DNA of 54,387 nt, from the IMG/VR virus record IMGVR_UViG_3300010273_000001, positions 1 to 54,387 of that record; one strand, written 5' to 3'. Every line of letters begins with the position of its first letter. Within the stretch, counting starts at the first letter, position 1. Of this stretch, positions 31,259 through 41,672 are shown piece by piece. The notes beneath the pieces were generated by a model. That model worked only from the letters and a program-made list of their open reading frames with translations. It was not told where the DNA came from and did not search any database. A program made the translations under genes and the position numbers. Source of the DNA: a virus.

Positions 31259-34200
31259 ATGAATATTAAGTATGTCGGCTTAAAACCAGAAGAAGCACTT
31301 CTTAAAATTCAGAGCGATGCCGTTCAAGCAATAAGGGAAAAAGTCGAGGCTTATAGGAACAATGTCGACAAACTTCTTGCCGCCTACGAACCGCCTGAGG
31401 TTGATAGTTTTTGGGGAGCGATGGCTATTGCGCCTGCTACTCTTTATAGTCTAATTAAAAGTGGTTTGGATAGTTTAGTCGATTTCGGAGCTTCTTTTGC
31501 TTATGTCATCGAAAATGCGATTAACGATGCAATGCATATCTTCGATTCATCGGACGGAACGGATTGGCGGACGGATACCAAATATTTTTTTGGTAATTTA
31601 GGGCTTTCACTCCATGAAGCAATTAGCACTTCGCTTGTTTCTACAGGGGCTAATCTTGGACGGGTTATCGGCATTGATCCTAAATGGGCTTACGGGGAAC
31701 AGGGATTAATTCCGAAGATGGCTCGGCAGTATAACCTTTCTCGTTCCCAATTGCTTGCTTCTCCGGATAAAATCAGCATATTTAAGCCATATCAACCTGT
31801 TGAAGATTTAATGTCGAGCCAATGGGAAGAGTATAGGAAATATCTTGATTTTGCTGAGGGGAGAACTCCGGAACAAATTATCGAAGATCGCTATTACGAA
31901 GACATAAGAAATGCTATTGTTCAAACCGGCGAATTTCAGAATTGGGTCTCGCGTAATTTCGTGGAACCGATTGCAAATACTCTTACTTTGGGCACTAAAA
32001 AGTATGCCGATAGATATTACAAAGATAGCGAATTTTATAACTTCCTTATGGGGGCTGCTGAAAGTGCGGGGCGCATTCTTGCTTCTTGGGCGGTTGCTAA
32101 GATCGGTGCAAAAGCCGGAGTTAATCCTCAAACGTTGAGTTCGGCTTACTTTGCCGCGTCCATTTTTGCGGACAGTTTTGAGGAAGCTTTGAAAAACGGT
32201 GCTACTATGCAAGATGCCTATACTTACGCGGTAGGAACAGCTTTTCTTGAAACGGCGATCGAGAATTTTGGCGGTCGGACAACGAGCGGCGTAAAAAAAG
32301 CGGCAAAAAGAAGTCTGTTCGAAAAAGTCCTAGGAGAGAAATGGGGAAATATTGTCCAGCAGGCTGTCGAAGAAGGTCTTGAGGAAATTGGCTCGGAGGT
32401 TGCCGGAACAGGTCTTTCTTATTACGGGAGCGGTGAAAGACAAGTTGATTCCGCCGAAAGCTTCCGGGAATTCGCAAACAGAATAATGTTTTCGTTTTTA
32501 AGCGGCTCTATTACTTCGATGGGTCTTGGAATTGGGCATGATATGTATATTGACACAACCGCTATCGGTAAATCCCGACGCGTTCTTACCGATATAAGTA
32601 AACAAGTGACTTCTGAAAATTCCAATAAAGTTTATAGCCGTTTTCAAAAAGACCTTGAAAACTTTGTTGCGTATATAAATCGTCCGGATGCTAAAGGTCT
32701 GAAAACAACCACAAAAATCGTGGCGCCTTCCGGGGATGTTATCGGGCCAGCCGATGTAGGAGACGTCAAAAAAAAGGAAGTCTCGCAGTATGTAGGCGTC
32801 TTAACTCCGGAAGAAAAGAGCCGGTATATCCGTCAGATTGGGTTAGCAAATGTTATTGAAGAAGTTGACGGTAAATTCCAAATAAGAGAAAAAGCGCGGG
32901 AAATGGGCGATAAAATTTTTGCCGTTCGGGTTGGAGATAATGTCGTAAACAGAGCCGATTATGCAATCAATGACGCCGTTTGGGGTGTTGATATTAGCGA
33001 TGATGGCACAACCGAGGTTGTCAAAATGGCTAATCTTAATGAACGGGGCAAAAAGATACTTGATATCGCTCAAAAACGCAACATACCAATCGCTATTATT
33101 GACGAAGCGCCGAGAGGGAAGAACGATCTGGGGATTTCCGGATTTTATTCGGCAGATAACGGAATTATTTATATAAATCAAAATCCGAATGTTGATATGA
33201 CAGATGAAGAAATCGAATCGGTAATTATAAAGCACGAATTAGTCCATCATATCGCTAGCAAAAATCCGGAATTGTTTGAAAAATTAAAGAAAATGGTTAA
33301 TAAATTCGTTGATTTTGAAGTCGATGGGGAAGGCAAAAAGATTGATGTTACCTATAAGAATAAAAAAGTAGGTGAAATTCTCGAGAAAAAAGGTTTTTCG
33401 GATCATGTTTTGAAATCGTTCCTGGATTATTTTGAGGGATTAAAGGATATGAATTTTGCCGTAAAACAAGCGCAAGAAGAAGTTGTTGCTTATTTTGTCG
33501 AGGATATGCTCGAAGGCGGCGATTTTTTAGAGATTATCTCCAAAAAAGATGAGAAGCTGTTCGAAGAATTAAAAAACGAGACTACTGATGCTATTGATAT
33601 GGCTGTAGGCGAAGATAAAAAACTTGCCCGGAAGCTGAAGAAAATCCGAAAGAAGTTTGAGACTATTGCCGAAAAGACTTTGGCTCAAAAGAGGACGCTT
33701 CAGTCCTATATTGATCATTTCCTTGGCTCGGGATATGTTCTCGAAGATATGTTCAATAAAGAATTGCTTGAGAAATACGACGCTGAATATCTTTGGGATA
33801 TGTTATGGGAGACGTACGAAAAAGATCCTCAAGCAAGAGAAATCAAGATTGACGGCAAAGTTTATCCGCTTTCGCAAGTCTTGGCGCGGACTGCTAATGT
33901 CAAGCCAAAACGGCTTGCCCGTCCGGATTGGGATAGAATATATTCCGAGTTTAAGTATGACGCGCAAGAAAAGACTTTATATCTGAAACTTCTGCGAAAA
34001 TTTATTAATGAGAACAAATATGTGCAGGATGAAGAAATTCGGGAAATAGTTGGAGATGCTGAATGGGCGGTTGATAAAATTAGAGACGGGGGCGAATTGC
34101 GCGAATCCGAATATGAGATTCTCCGGCAATTAGTTACAGATTATAAATTTAGCGAAGCGGAAAAGAAATGGAGAGAAGAAAACGAAAAGGTTCTTGAAAC

Positions 34201-37200
34201 TACTAAATTCCGCGTACTGAAGAATTTAATCGCCCGAGTTGTCCGTTTCATGAACGATCCACAGAAATCTGGAATTACCGGTTGGCGTAATAGAAGTCAC
34301 ATTATGAGATATAATGCGGCTTATTTAGCGCTGGATAAATCGGCAAGGAAAGAAGGCGAAAGCGTCGAAGCTTTCGCAAAAAGAATTCAGATGATTACTT
34401 CGTTGAGTTTAGAGCCGTATTTCCCCGAGCAATTCAATGTCACTTATTATATCCCGGATAAAGCCGATTATATCGAATTCTTGATTAAACCGACGAGAGA
34501 ATTCTTGGAAGAAGAAACAAGAAAAGCGGAAGAAGCTGAAATCAAAAAACAAGAGACCACGGAAGTTGAGGGGCTAATGCCGGCAAAACCGCCTGTCAAA
34601 ACAACGAAGGAAGATTCTATAAATGCTCTTGAAGAAATCGGGGTTACTCTTGAAGGGAAAAAAGTTATCACTCTTGATGACAATATAACCTTGGAAAAAC
34701 TAGAAGAGATAAAATATGACGACAATAATATCGTTGTCGGGAATCCTCCGTTTGCCGAGAATAAGAACGCTGAATATTTAAAGAAAGCTCTTGAAATCGC
34801 GCCGGTTGTTGCGATTGTTTTGCCGCGTCCGTGGGCTAAATCCTATATGTTACAGAAAGAGATCCCGGGAGATAAGAAACTAATTTATAACGAGCTTATT
34901 CCGCTGAAATCTCTTAAAACTAGCTCGGGCAATCGGCAGATGAAAACGGTCGTTCAAATTTGGGTTGATTCCAAAAACAAAGAATTTGAAGATTTCGAAA
35001 ATATCCGGGCATTCTTTCAACCAAAAATGGCGCATCCTGATTTTTCCACATTTACTTTGACCGGCGAAAGACGCAAGTATGAGGATGCGAAATATTTCAA
35101 TTTTGATTTGGCAGTTGTTAGGGAAAGCAATACGGCTAAATTCAGTGAGATAATTACGAAGTATGAGGATTTGAAACCTAAAGGCCATTATCTTTTGATT
35201 AAAGCTAACAATCCGGAAGCGTTACAGATTTTTTCTATGATTGACTTCGAAGCGCTTGCCGACAAAGGCTCGACAATACAGAGGGGATTTACTACCTATG
35301 ATTTGATTGAAGAATATGAACGTATCAAGAAGGAGGTAAAATCCATTAAGACGCCTATGAAACGGCTTGCCGACGACACGAAACTCACGGACAAGGAACG
35401 GAAGTATTTAGGTGAGATTGCCGAGTATTTTACGAAAGATAAGTCTGGAAAATTCGTTATTAAATCCGAATATATCGTGAGGCAAAAACCGGCAAAACAA
35501 GCGGTTAAGATCAACGGCGTTGTTTATTCCTCGGACGAATATGCGGTTCATACCACCGTAGATTTGTCGAGCGTAAACGCGGAACTTAAATTGAAGCGGA
35601 GCGAATTTGAAAGACCTCTAAAACTTTCGGAACTTTCCGAAAAAGAACAGGTTTGGTTTGATTTTTTCCGAGCTTCGAATATGAACTTCGTTTTATATCG
35701 AGCCCCCCAAAATGCTTCTATTTTAGGATTTGAATATCCTTCGGAAGAATCTTATGTCGTTTATATCAATACGGAATATCTGTATCATAATTTTGATAAT
35801 TTTCATAAATTTCTTACCGGGACTTTCGTTCATGAACACGTGCATGAATTAAATAAAAGAAACAAGGCGAGAGCATTTAAGTTTGCCGCTGAACTTGCTA
35901 ATATTTTATTCGAAGTCAAAGACGGCGAAATTGTCCAGAGCGATATATTTAAAAAGATTGAAGAAACACGCTATAAAGACTTTGGTTCTTTTCTCCGTTA
36001 TATGAAAAACTCTTATTGGTATTTAAATAGCGGAAATAGTTTCTCATCTTATAAAGATCTTTATAATGCTTTAATTAAAGGAGATAATGGTGACCGTTTG
36101 CATTATCGGGTTGTAGATGAAGTTGTCGCTCAGATATGCGGCGTTCTATTCTCGGATTATGAGGTTTACAAGACTGTATTCCAAGGCAAAGCGGAAAACA
36201 TCTTACCTTTCCATCAACTCTATACGAAAATTCTTGATGATCCGAATATTCCGATAATGGTAAAAGAACAGATACGCAAAGCCGTTTTTGCTCTTGAAGA
36301 TGCTTATAAGGAATTTCTGGCTGATCTTAAAAAGAAATTTCCGCCTGAGGCCATCTATAAACTGCGCGATCTCAATAAATTTATTCGGTCGTTTACGAAT
36401 AACCGTTTCCGTTCAAGAAATGATCTTATCCAGCGATATTTGGAAGAAAGAGCGAATCATAAGCACGGTTTGGCGCATATGGCGGTCGATAACATAATTT
36501 ATATCGCTTCGTTGTTTGCGGAGCAGACGCAAAAGGGCTATGAATTCTATCAAAATATGAAAGAAGAATTCGAAGGTTTCCGAAAAAATATCGAGTTTCT
36601 TCTCAATAGCGAAGATGATTTGACGGTTCTTCAAAAAGGCGAGATTCGCCAACTGGTGAATCTTTTGATTAAGCAAAATATCTCCGAAGAAGGATTCATA
36701 TTGAGTGAGGGCGGGCTGGATCTCGTTGATAGAATTTTGGAATTTGCGGAAGAATACGAAATGATTCCGGAAGAATTGCTAAAAATTTTTGGCTTGCCTA
36801 CCCATAAGGAAATTATAAGCGTTGCCGCAGAACTCCAGAGAAATCAAGCCGAGGGAAATGCAACAGCTTTTCAAGTCAATTTCAGGGAATTCAAATCGCT
36901 TTTGAAGAAGATAAAACAGGTTTTGACGAGCGAGACCGATGATATTTTTAGGAAGATAGCCGATTTAAAAATCGCTTATCGCGAAAAAGAAATGGATTTG
37001 TTTATAACAAAACTTAAAAATCATTATGCCGCTTCCAAAAAGAAAATAACTTCCGTGAAACTTCAGTCCGAATCTCCGTTCAAAGAAACTCTTGCGGAAG
37101 TTATGACCTTAATTGCCGGCGGTAGGATTAACGGGGTAGATATTCCCGGAATCATTCAAGTGGTTCAAAATAACAAATATAATCTCAAGCAATTAAGAGC

Positions 37201-40200
37201 GGAAATCGTTCCTTTGCTTGAGAAAATTCGGGAACTTGCTCGAAAAAGCCCAGATATCCCGGAAGATGTTTTTGAAGAATACATCGAGCCGAGATTCAAA
37301 ACCATATACCGTCATCTTGCTTTGCTTTTGAAAGACCCCTCCGTTCTTTATGAAGTTTACCCGCCGGTCAAAAAAGAAGGAGGCCCTCAAAGCATCGACG
37401 AAGTTTTCGGAACAGTTATCACACTTGAACGGCTCGGGGGAAAATTTAATGCGAATGCTTTTGCAAGGGCTTTGATGGAAATATTGGAAAGATTCCAGAC
37501 TAGGTATACCACGTCTTTGAGCGGCGATACGCTAACTCATGATGAATATGCGGCGAAAACCAGCAAACAGGTTATTCAATTTAAAGACAAACTTGCAAAT
37601 GTCAATGCTAGGGCGGTCTCTTGGCTTATGCCTTATCAATTCTTCTTTGGAATGTATAAGGATTTAGTGGGTAATGAGATTGAATTCTTTTCCGATTTCT
37701 ACCGTGAATACATCGCGTCGGTTATGCGGCGCAGTGATATTCTTGCGGAATATAAAGAATCGTATAAAGAATGGGTAAAATCTCATAAAAAACATCAGAA
37801 GTTCACGCTCGAAAAAACGGAAGTCGCGAAGAATATGTTGCTTCAGATCCGGAAGGACGTGCTTCTTAATCTTGCCGGAGAAGCGCGGAGAGAGTATGAA
37901 GAAGATCGGCAGAAATACGAAGAAGCAAAAGAGGCTTATAATGAAATAAAAGATCAACTCGCGGCTAAAAACGCGCAAATCAAAAATACAAAAGAGGCTT
38001 TGAAAGGGCATGAAGAAAAATCGTTTACTTGGACAGCTCTTAAAAAACTTCTCGAACAATACGAAGAAGAGAAAAAGGCGTTGGTAGAAGAGAAAAATGA
38101 AAGAAAAATTATAAGGGATAATCTAAAAATCCTGCTTGAAAATGAAACGATTGAAAAGAGAACGAAATCCAAGATTTTTGAATGGGCTGCGGAAAACAAA
38201 GCAAAGAACTCGGAAGTCAGCTGGGGGCAGATAATAACAACTTATCTTGCGGTAGAGCGCGAGATTGAGATGGAAACAGCGGAATACGAAGATGTCCCGG
38301 GGATCAATCCAACGAAACACTTCGAATTCGGAAATGTCCTGCATTTCTTTGATAATGAATTGCTTTGGAAAAAAGGTTATGCCGTCGCGAAAGACAACGC
38401 CATTCCGTTCGTTATTTTTGCGGATAACAAAGAGAAATTGCGCGATTATCTTTGGGGGTTGATAAAGGATAACGAAATCGCACAAGAAATAATTAATTTT
38501 GCTAAAGAGCGGTTCGATAAAAACTATGAATATATTGACGAAATCTTTTTTGCGAAATATGGCGTTCATTTACCTCGGCAAGAAACATATGTTCCATTTG
38601 CGTCTCTCGAGAGCGATTATGCTCGGGATGTTGAATTAAAGATTATCAACCGAAGAAACATGGCTACCCCAGACGGCTTTGTTATGGAAACAACGCTGGG
38701 AGCAAGGACGGATTTAAGAATTGAAAACATCTTTGCGGTAATCGAAAACCATACGAGATCGATAGCCAATTATTGCGGTTTTAATCGGTTGCTTTACGAT
38801 TGGCAGAATCTCTATGTTAACAAGGCCGGCGGAGCGCCTTTGCAAGAAGCCTTTACCGGAAAGGACAATAAATTCGGGCAAAATAACGATATTGCGCATA
38901 TGATTGAACAGGCTTTTGCCGACAATCTCGGTTATGGGGATGTCATGGCAACCCCGGTTGAAAAATGGGCAAATAAAGTTTTGCTTAACAGTATGGCGGC
39001 GACAATGTCGGTAAATATCCCGTCAATGGTAAAGCAGTTCGCCTCGGTTTTGACGGTAATGATTAAACATAAATTGTCTCCGAGTGCTTTCATTAAGAAT
39101 GTTGTGTTGAGTTTGGGTCGATCTAAATATCGGAATTGGCTCCTGAAAAACAATAGCAATTTTTATCATAGAGCCGACGCCGGCAATGTTCCGCATTTAG
39201 CGGACGCGGCAAATCTCGGTATTTACTATATTGCGCAAGATGTGACAAGAAAAATCGCAAATACCTTAACGAAACATATTGGTTGGGCAGATAACACTGT
39301 TCTTGTCGCGGCTTTCAAAACGATAGCGGACGAGGTCAGAAAGCAAAATCCAGGGATGCCGGAAGAAGAAGTTTTGAAAAAAGCGAACGAGCAATTTATG
39401 GAGGTCTTGTTGTTTGGAGTGGCGAATACCGATCCGGGATTCCGGGCGCATTTCTCTAACTCAAACAAATTCCCAACAAGATTTGCAAGCCGTTTCCAAA
39501 GCGAGAACATCATCCATGCGGCAGCACTTTACCGGGATTATGTCTATGTCAGAAACGGCTATTCGGGCGGGTGGAAAAGATTTGCCCGAGACTTTATCGC
39601 CTTCTTGTTATCGGCTTTGTTCACGGCTTATGTATCGAATACTTTCAACCGAATGAGAGGTTATTACGAGGATAAAGAAGAAGCTGATTTTGACTTTTGG
39701 GTGAATGAGCTTCTACTTAATAATATTATTGGAGGCCTTCCGGTTGTAAATCAATTTACTTCCCTTATTCAATTTGAAAAACCAAAAGACGGAGGAGGCA
39801 AGTTAATTAGCGCCGGATTTTCGCCTAGGTTGCCGGGAATAACCGAGGTATACGAAATAATAAAGGCGGTAGATTCAATGCAAACAGGCAAGAATATACC
39901 CCGTAAAATCTTGAGAATTTTTGAGAATATCGGGAGCATGGTCGGATTCCCGGTTAAGAATATCAATCGGCTTATCTCGACGACCTCCCGGTTGCTTGGG
40001 GCGCAAGGGATCGAGCAAGCGGAAAGCATTGCAAGATTCTACAGCTCGCAAACAAAAGCGCAAGCATTCACGGCGGCTATCAAAGAAAACAATCGGACAA
40101 AAATCAACATGTATGTAGAAGAAGTTTATGGCGATCTCGAGGTTCGTAATGAAATAGTTAACTTGCTCGCGGCAAACCCGGATTTAAGATTGAATCTGTA

Positions 40201-40468
40201 TAATGTGAAATATTTCTCTAAAGACAAGGTGAAATATGCTATACCAGAAGATGTGAGAGAGAAATATAATGATTTGGCTCAAAGAGCCTTGCGGATTTTG
40301 ATTCGGAAAGGCGCTTATAAACGGATGAAAGCCGAAGATAAAGTCAAAGCAATGCAACGGATAATAAATTACCACTACAATTACATGAAATCCGTTGTAT
40401 TGAAAGAAAAACGCGAATTGCTAAGTCCCGCCGAGGTTGTCGAACGAGCATTAAAAATAGAGGGCTAA
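31259..40468 (+). CDS. giant polyvalent protein (3069 aa): two zincin-like HExxH modules plus an NPPF methyltransferase-like module
   Basis: Uninterrupted 9.2-kb ORF with SD AGAGGAG. Motifs are HELVHH (aa 659), NPPF (aa 1162) and HEHVH (aa 1525). Each HExxH is preceded by a similar ...(I/V)YIN... segment. Confidence 0.8.
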   Translation: MNIKYVGLKPEEALLKIQSDAVQAIREKVEAYRNNVDKLLAAYEPPEVDSFWGAMAIAPATLYSLIKSGLDSLVDFGASFAYVIENAINDAMHIFDSSDGTDWRTDTKYFFGNLGLSLHEAISTSLVSTGANLGRVIGIDPKWAYGEQGLIPKMARQYNLSRSQLLASPDKISIFKPYQPVEDLMSSQWEEYRKYLDFAEGRTPEQIIEDRYYEDIRNAIVQTGEFQNWVSRNFVEPIANTLTLGTKKYADRYYKDSEFYNFLMGAAESAGRILASWAVAKIGAKAGVNPQTLSSAYFAASIFADSFEEALKNGATMQDAYTYAVGTAFLETAIENFGGRTTSGVKKAAKRSLFEKVLGEKWGNIVQQAVEEGLEEIGSEVAGTGLSYYGSGERQVDSAESFREFANRIMFSFLSGSITSMGLGIGHDMYIDTTAIGKSRRVLTDISKQVTSENSNKVYSRFQKDLENFVAYINRPDAKGLKTTTKIVAPSGDVIGPADVGDVKKKEVSQYVGVLTPEEKSRYIRQIGLANVIEEVDGKFQIREKAREMGDKIFAVRVGDNVVNRADYAINDAVWGVDISDDGTTEVVKMANLNERGKKILDIAQKRNIPIAIIDEAPRGKNDLGISGFYSADNGIIYINQNPNVDMTDEEIESVIIKHELVHHIASKNPELFEKLKKMVNKFVDFEVDGEGKKIDVTYKNKKVGEILEKKGFSDHVLKSFLDYFEGLKDMNFAVKQAQEEVVAYFVEDMLEGGDFLEIISKKDEKLFEELKNETTDAIDMAVGEDKKLARKLKKIRKKFETIAEKTLAQKRTLQSYIDHFLGSGYVLEDMFNKELLEKYDAEYLWDMLWETYEKDPQAREIKIDGKVYPLSQVLARTANVKPKRLARPDWDRIYSEFKYDAQEKTLYLKLLRKFINENKYVQDEEIREIVGDAEWAVDKIRDGGELRESEYEILRQLVTDYKFSEAEKKWREENEKVLETTKFRVLKNLIARVVRFMNDPQKSGITGWRNRSHIMRYNAAYLALDKSARKEGESVEAFAKRIQMITSLSLEPYFPEQFNVTYYIPDKADYIEFLIKPTREFLEEETRKAEEAEIKKQETTEVEGLMPAKPPVKTTKEDSINALEEIGVTLEGKKVITLDDNITLEKLEEIKYDDNNIVVGNPPFAENKNAEYLKKALEIAPVVAIVLPRPWAKSYMLQKEIPGDKKLIYNELIPLKSLKTSSGNRQMKTVVQIWVDSKNKEFEDFENIRAFFQPKMAHPDFSTFTLTGERRKYEDAKYFNFDLAVVRESNTAKFSEIITKYEDLKPKGHYLLIKANNPEALQIFSMIDFEALADKGSTIQRGFTTYDLIEEYERIKKEVKSIKTPMKRLADDTKLTDKERKYLGEIAEYFTKDKSGKFVIKSEYIVRQKPAKQAVKINGVVYSSDEYAVHTTVDLSSVNAELKLKRSEFERPLKLSELSEKEQVWFDFFRASNMNFVLYRAPQNASILGFEYPSEESYVVYINTEYLYHNFDNFHKFLTGTFVHEHVHELNKRNKARAFKFAAELANILFEVKDGEIVQSDIFKKIEETRYKDFGSFLRYMKNSYWYLNSGNSFSSYKDLYNALIKGDNGDRLHYRVVDEVVAQICGVLFSDYEVYKTVFQGKAENILPFHQLYTKILDDPNIPIMVKEQIRKAVFALEDAYKEFLADLKKKFPPEAIYKLRDLNKFIRSFTNNRFRSRNDLIQRYLEERANHKHGLAHMAVDNIIYIASLFAEQTQKGYEFYQNMKEEFEGFRKNIEFLLNSEDDLTVLQKGEIRQLVNLLIKQNISEEGFILSEGGLDLVDRILEFAEEYEMIPEELLKIFGLPTHKEIISVAAELQRNQAEGNATAFQVNFREFKSLLKKIKQVLTSETDDIFRKIADLKIAYREKEMDLFITKLKNHYAASKKKITSVKLQSESPFKETLAEVMTLIAGGRINGVDIPGIIQVVQNNKYNLKQLRAEIVPLLEKIRELARKSPDIPEDVFEEYIEPRFKTIYRHLALLLKDPSVLYEVYPPVKKEGGPQSIDEVFGTVITLERLGGKFNANAFARALMEILERFQTRYTTSLSGDTLTHDEYAAKTSKQVIQFKDKLANVNARAVSWLMPYQFFFGMYKDLVGNEIEFFSDFYREYIASVMRRSDILAEYKESYKEWVKSHKKHQKFTLEKTEVAKNMLLQIRKDVLLNLAGEARREYEEDRQKYEEAKEAYNEIKDQLAAKNAQIKNTKEALKGHEEKSFTWTALKKLLEQYEEEKKALVEEKNERKIIRDNLKILLENETIEKRTKSKIFEWAAENKAKNSEVSWGQIITTYLAVEREIEMETAEYEDVPGINPTKHFEFGNVLHFFDNELLWKKGYAVAKDNAIPFVIFADNKEKLRDYLWGLIKDNEIAQEIINFAKERFDKNYEYIDEIFFAKYGVHLPRQETYVPFASLESDYARDVELKIINRRNMATPDGFVMETTLGARTDLRIENIFAVIENHTRSIANYCGFNRLLYDWQNLYVNKAGGAPLQEAFTGKDNKFGQNNDIAHMIEQAFADNLGYGDVMATPVEKWANKVLLNSMAATMSVNIPSMVKQFASVLTVMIKHKLSPSAFIKNVVLSLGRSKYRNWLLKNNSNFYHRADAGNVPHLADAANLGIYYIAQDVTRKIANTLTKHIGWADNTVLVAAFKTIADEVRKQNPGMPEEEVLKKANEQFMEVLLFGVANTDPGFRAHFSNSNKFPTRFASRFQSENIIHAAALYRDYVYVRNGYSGGWKRFARDFIAFLLSALFTAYVSNTFNRMRGYYEDKEEADFDFWVNELLLNNIIGGLPVVNQFTSLIQFEKPKDGGGKLISAGFSPRLPGITEVYEIIKAVDSMQTGKNIPRKILRIFENIGSMVGFPVKNINRLISTTSRLLGAQGIEQAESIARFYSSQTKAQAFTAAIKENNRTKINMYVEEVYGDLEVRNEIVNLLAANPDLRLNLYNVKYFSKDKVKYAIPEDVREKYNDLAQRALRILIRKGAYKRMKAEDKVKAMQRIINYHYNYMKSVVLKEKRELLSPAEVVERALKIEG
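33233..33250 (+). other. HExxH motif 1 (HELVHH)
   Basis: Read from the translation, aa 659-664. Confidence 0.9.
34742..34753 (+). other. NPPF motif (N6-adenine MTase motif IV-like)
   Basis: DDNNIVVGNPPFAE, aa 1162-1165. Confidence 0.85.
35831..35845 (+). other. HExxH motif 2 (HEHVH)
   Basis: FVHEHVHEL, aa 1525-1529. Confidence 0.9.
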
Positions 40469-40483
40469 TTGCCCTCTTTTTTT
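40459..40483. terminator. hairpin terminator shared by the two convergent arms
   Basis: AGAGGGC-TAATT-GCCCTCT followed by T6. The stop codons of both convergent genes lie in or next to the loop. Confidence 0.7.
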
Positions 40484-41508
40484 GTTTCTGAAAATAATTG
40501 ATCTAAAAATGTCGGCTCGGCCTCGCCTTTGTTGTTCCAATAGATGTTTTCAACCACCTTTTTCTTCGGCTTGTTGTCGCCTAAATCGCCGTTATCGAAT
40601 AATTGAATCTTGTAATCAAAATTTATTGGCTTAATATCTTCCGGGGCTTCATAGGACGAAACATAAACCGGATACGGGCAAGTCCTAAACCATTGCCAAA
40701 ATTTCTCGTAATCAAATTCACCTCCGAATTGGTATTGAGCCTTATTTTCATACGGCGGATCACAATAGATGAACGCTTCTTTGAGAATAACATCCGGCAA
40801 GGAATTATAGAAATCGAGCCAATCCATAGCCGAGAGATTAAGCCGATTCTGGTGCGGAATTGCGCGTTTTATTGCATCGAGATGTTCCATTTGCTGTAAA
40901 TGCTGCATTTGAACGAGTAATTTTAATACAGGATATTCTTTTTCGTGTTCTTCGGCATACTTTTTAAATTTTTGCATAAATGCAGTTCTTTTGGTATAAT
41001 GTCGCTTGTAATCAACATTTCTGATTATTTCCGGGACGGTAAAATCTTCGAGTTCTTTCAGTTTTTTTATTTCGCTGAAATCATCAAATACTAAAGCATT
41101 ATGTAAGGCTTTTTTGTAGAAATCCCGGTCGGGGCCGTAAAGATAATGTCTTTGGTTGATTCCGAAAGACCAAACATTGAGGACGAAACCGACATACCAA
41201 TCTGGGTATTTTTCGGGATTATCGCGTACCTCTTCGAAATGTTCGCGGGAGACCCAATTAAATTTTACCGTTTTTAAGTCGGAATTTTCGTTTATAATCG
41301 CTTTTATAAGGGCGATAAGGTATTTATTAATATCGTTCGCAAAAACGATATAGTTCGAATTTACAAGCGCAAAATTCGAAACGGAGAAGCCGCCGCAGAA
41401 TAAATCAATAAAATATCTTTTTTTGTATTCGCGCTCGAAGATATAACGAATTAAGTGCAAGATTTGCTCTTTACTCCCCATGTAAACCATTCCGTATCTT
41501 CTGTTCAT
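40465..41508 (-). CDS. dam: Dam-like (D12 class) N6-adenine DNA methyltransferase
   Basis: YMGSK N-terminus, motif I DLFCGGFSV and motif IV YCDPPY. Confidence 0.85.
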   Translation of the reverse strand: MNRRYGMVYMGSKEQILHLIRYIFEREYKKRYFIDLFCGGFSVSNFALVNSNYIVFANDINKYLIALIKAIINENSDLKTVKFNWVSREHFEEVRDNPEKYPDWYVGFVLNVWSFGINQRHYLYGPDRDFYKKALHNALVFDDFSEIKKLKELEDFTVPEIIRNVDYKRHYTKRTAFMQKFKKYAEEHEKEYPVLKLLVQMQHLQQMEHLDAIKRAIPHQNRLNLSAMDWLDFYNSLPDVILKEAFIYCDPPYENKAQYQFGGEFDYEKFWQWFRTCPYPVYVSSYEAPEDIKPINFDYKIQLFDNGDLGDNKPKKKVVENIYWNNKGEAEPTFLDQLFSETKKEGN

Positions 41509-41656
41509 CTTTCTCTCTTTCGTTATAAATATTTTGGAGTTTTTTCTTAACTTTTGTTAAAGCAGCGACGGTTTCACAATTCCCCGATTTATGAGCGCGC
41601 ATGAAAGCAGTAGCGGTTATGAGCAAAAGAATTTCGTTATTCGTAAATTCGTTCAT
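41471..41656 (-). CDS. hypothetical protein (61 aa)
   Basis: SD GGGGAGGAA upstream of the ATG. Confidence 0.55.
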   Translation of the reverse strand: MNEFTNNEILLLITATAFMRAHKSGNCETVAALTKVKKKLQNIYNEREKDEQKIRNGLHGE

Positions 41657-41672
41657 TCAGTTTCCTCCCCTA

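Noticed and set aside
31808-38569. Long antisense or alternative-frame ORFs inside the giant gene, such as 31808..32212 (134 aa), 37664..38059 (131 aa) and 38123..38569 (148 aa).
   Set aside because: They are embedded in a 9.2-kb uninterrupted sense ORF, lack SDs, have skewed F/I/K/L composition typical of antisense AT-rich coding DNA, and have no start/stop coupling.
31259-40468. Whether the giant virion-arm protein is an N4- or crAss-like virion RNA polymerase, with the hairpin elements as its promoters.
   Set aside because: I found no T7-like or two-barrel polymerase catalytic motif. The motifs I did see are HExxH (twice) and NPPF. The hairpin elements lie inside operons next to SDs rather than at transcription-unit starts. 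A polyvalent anti-defence protein is the better reading.
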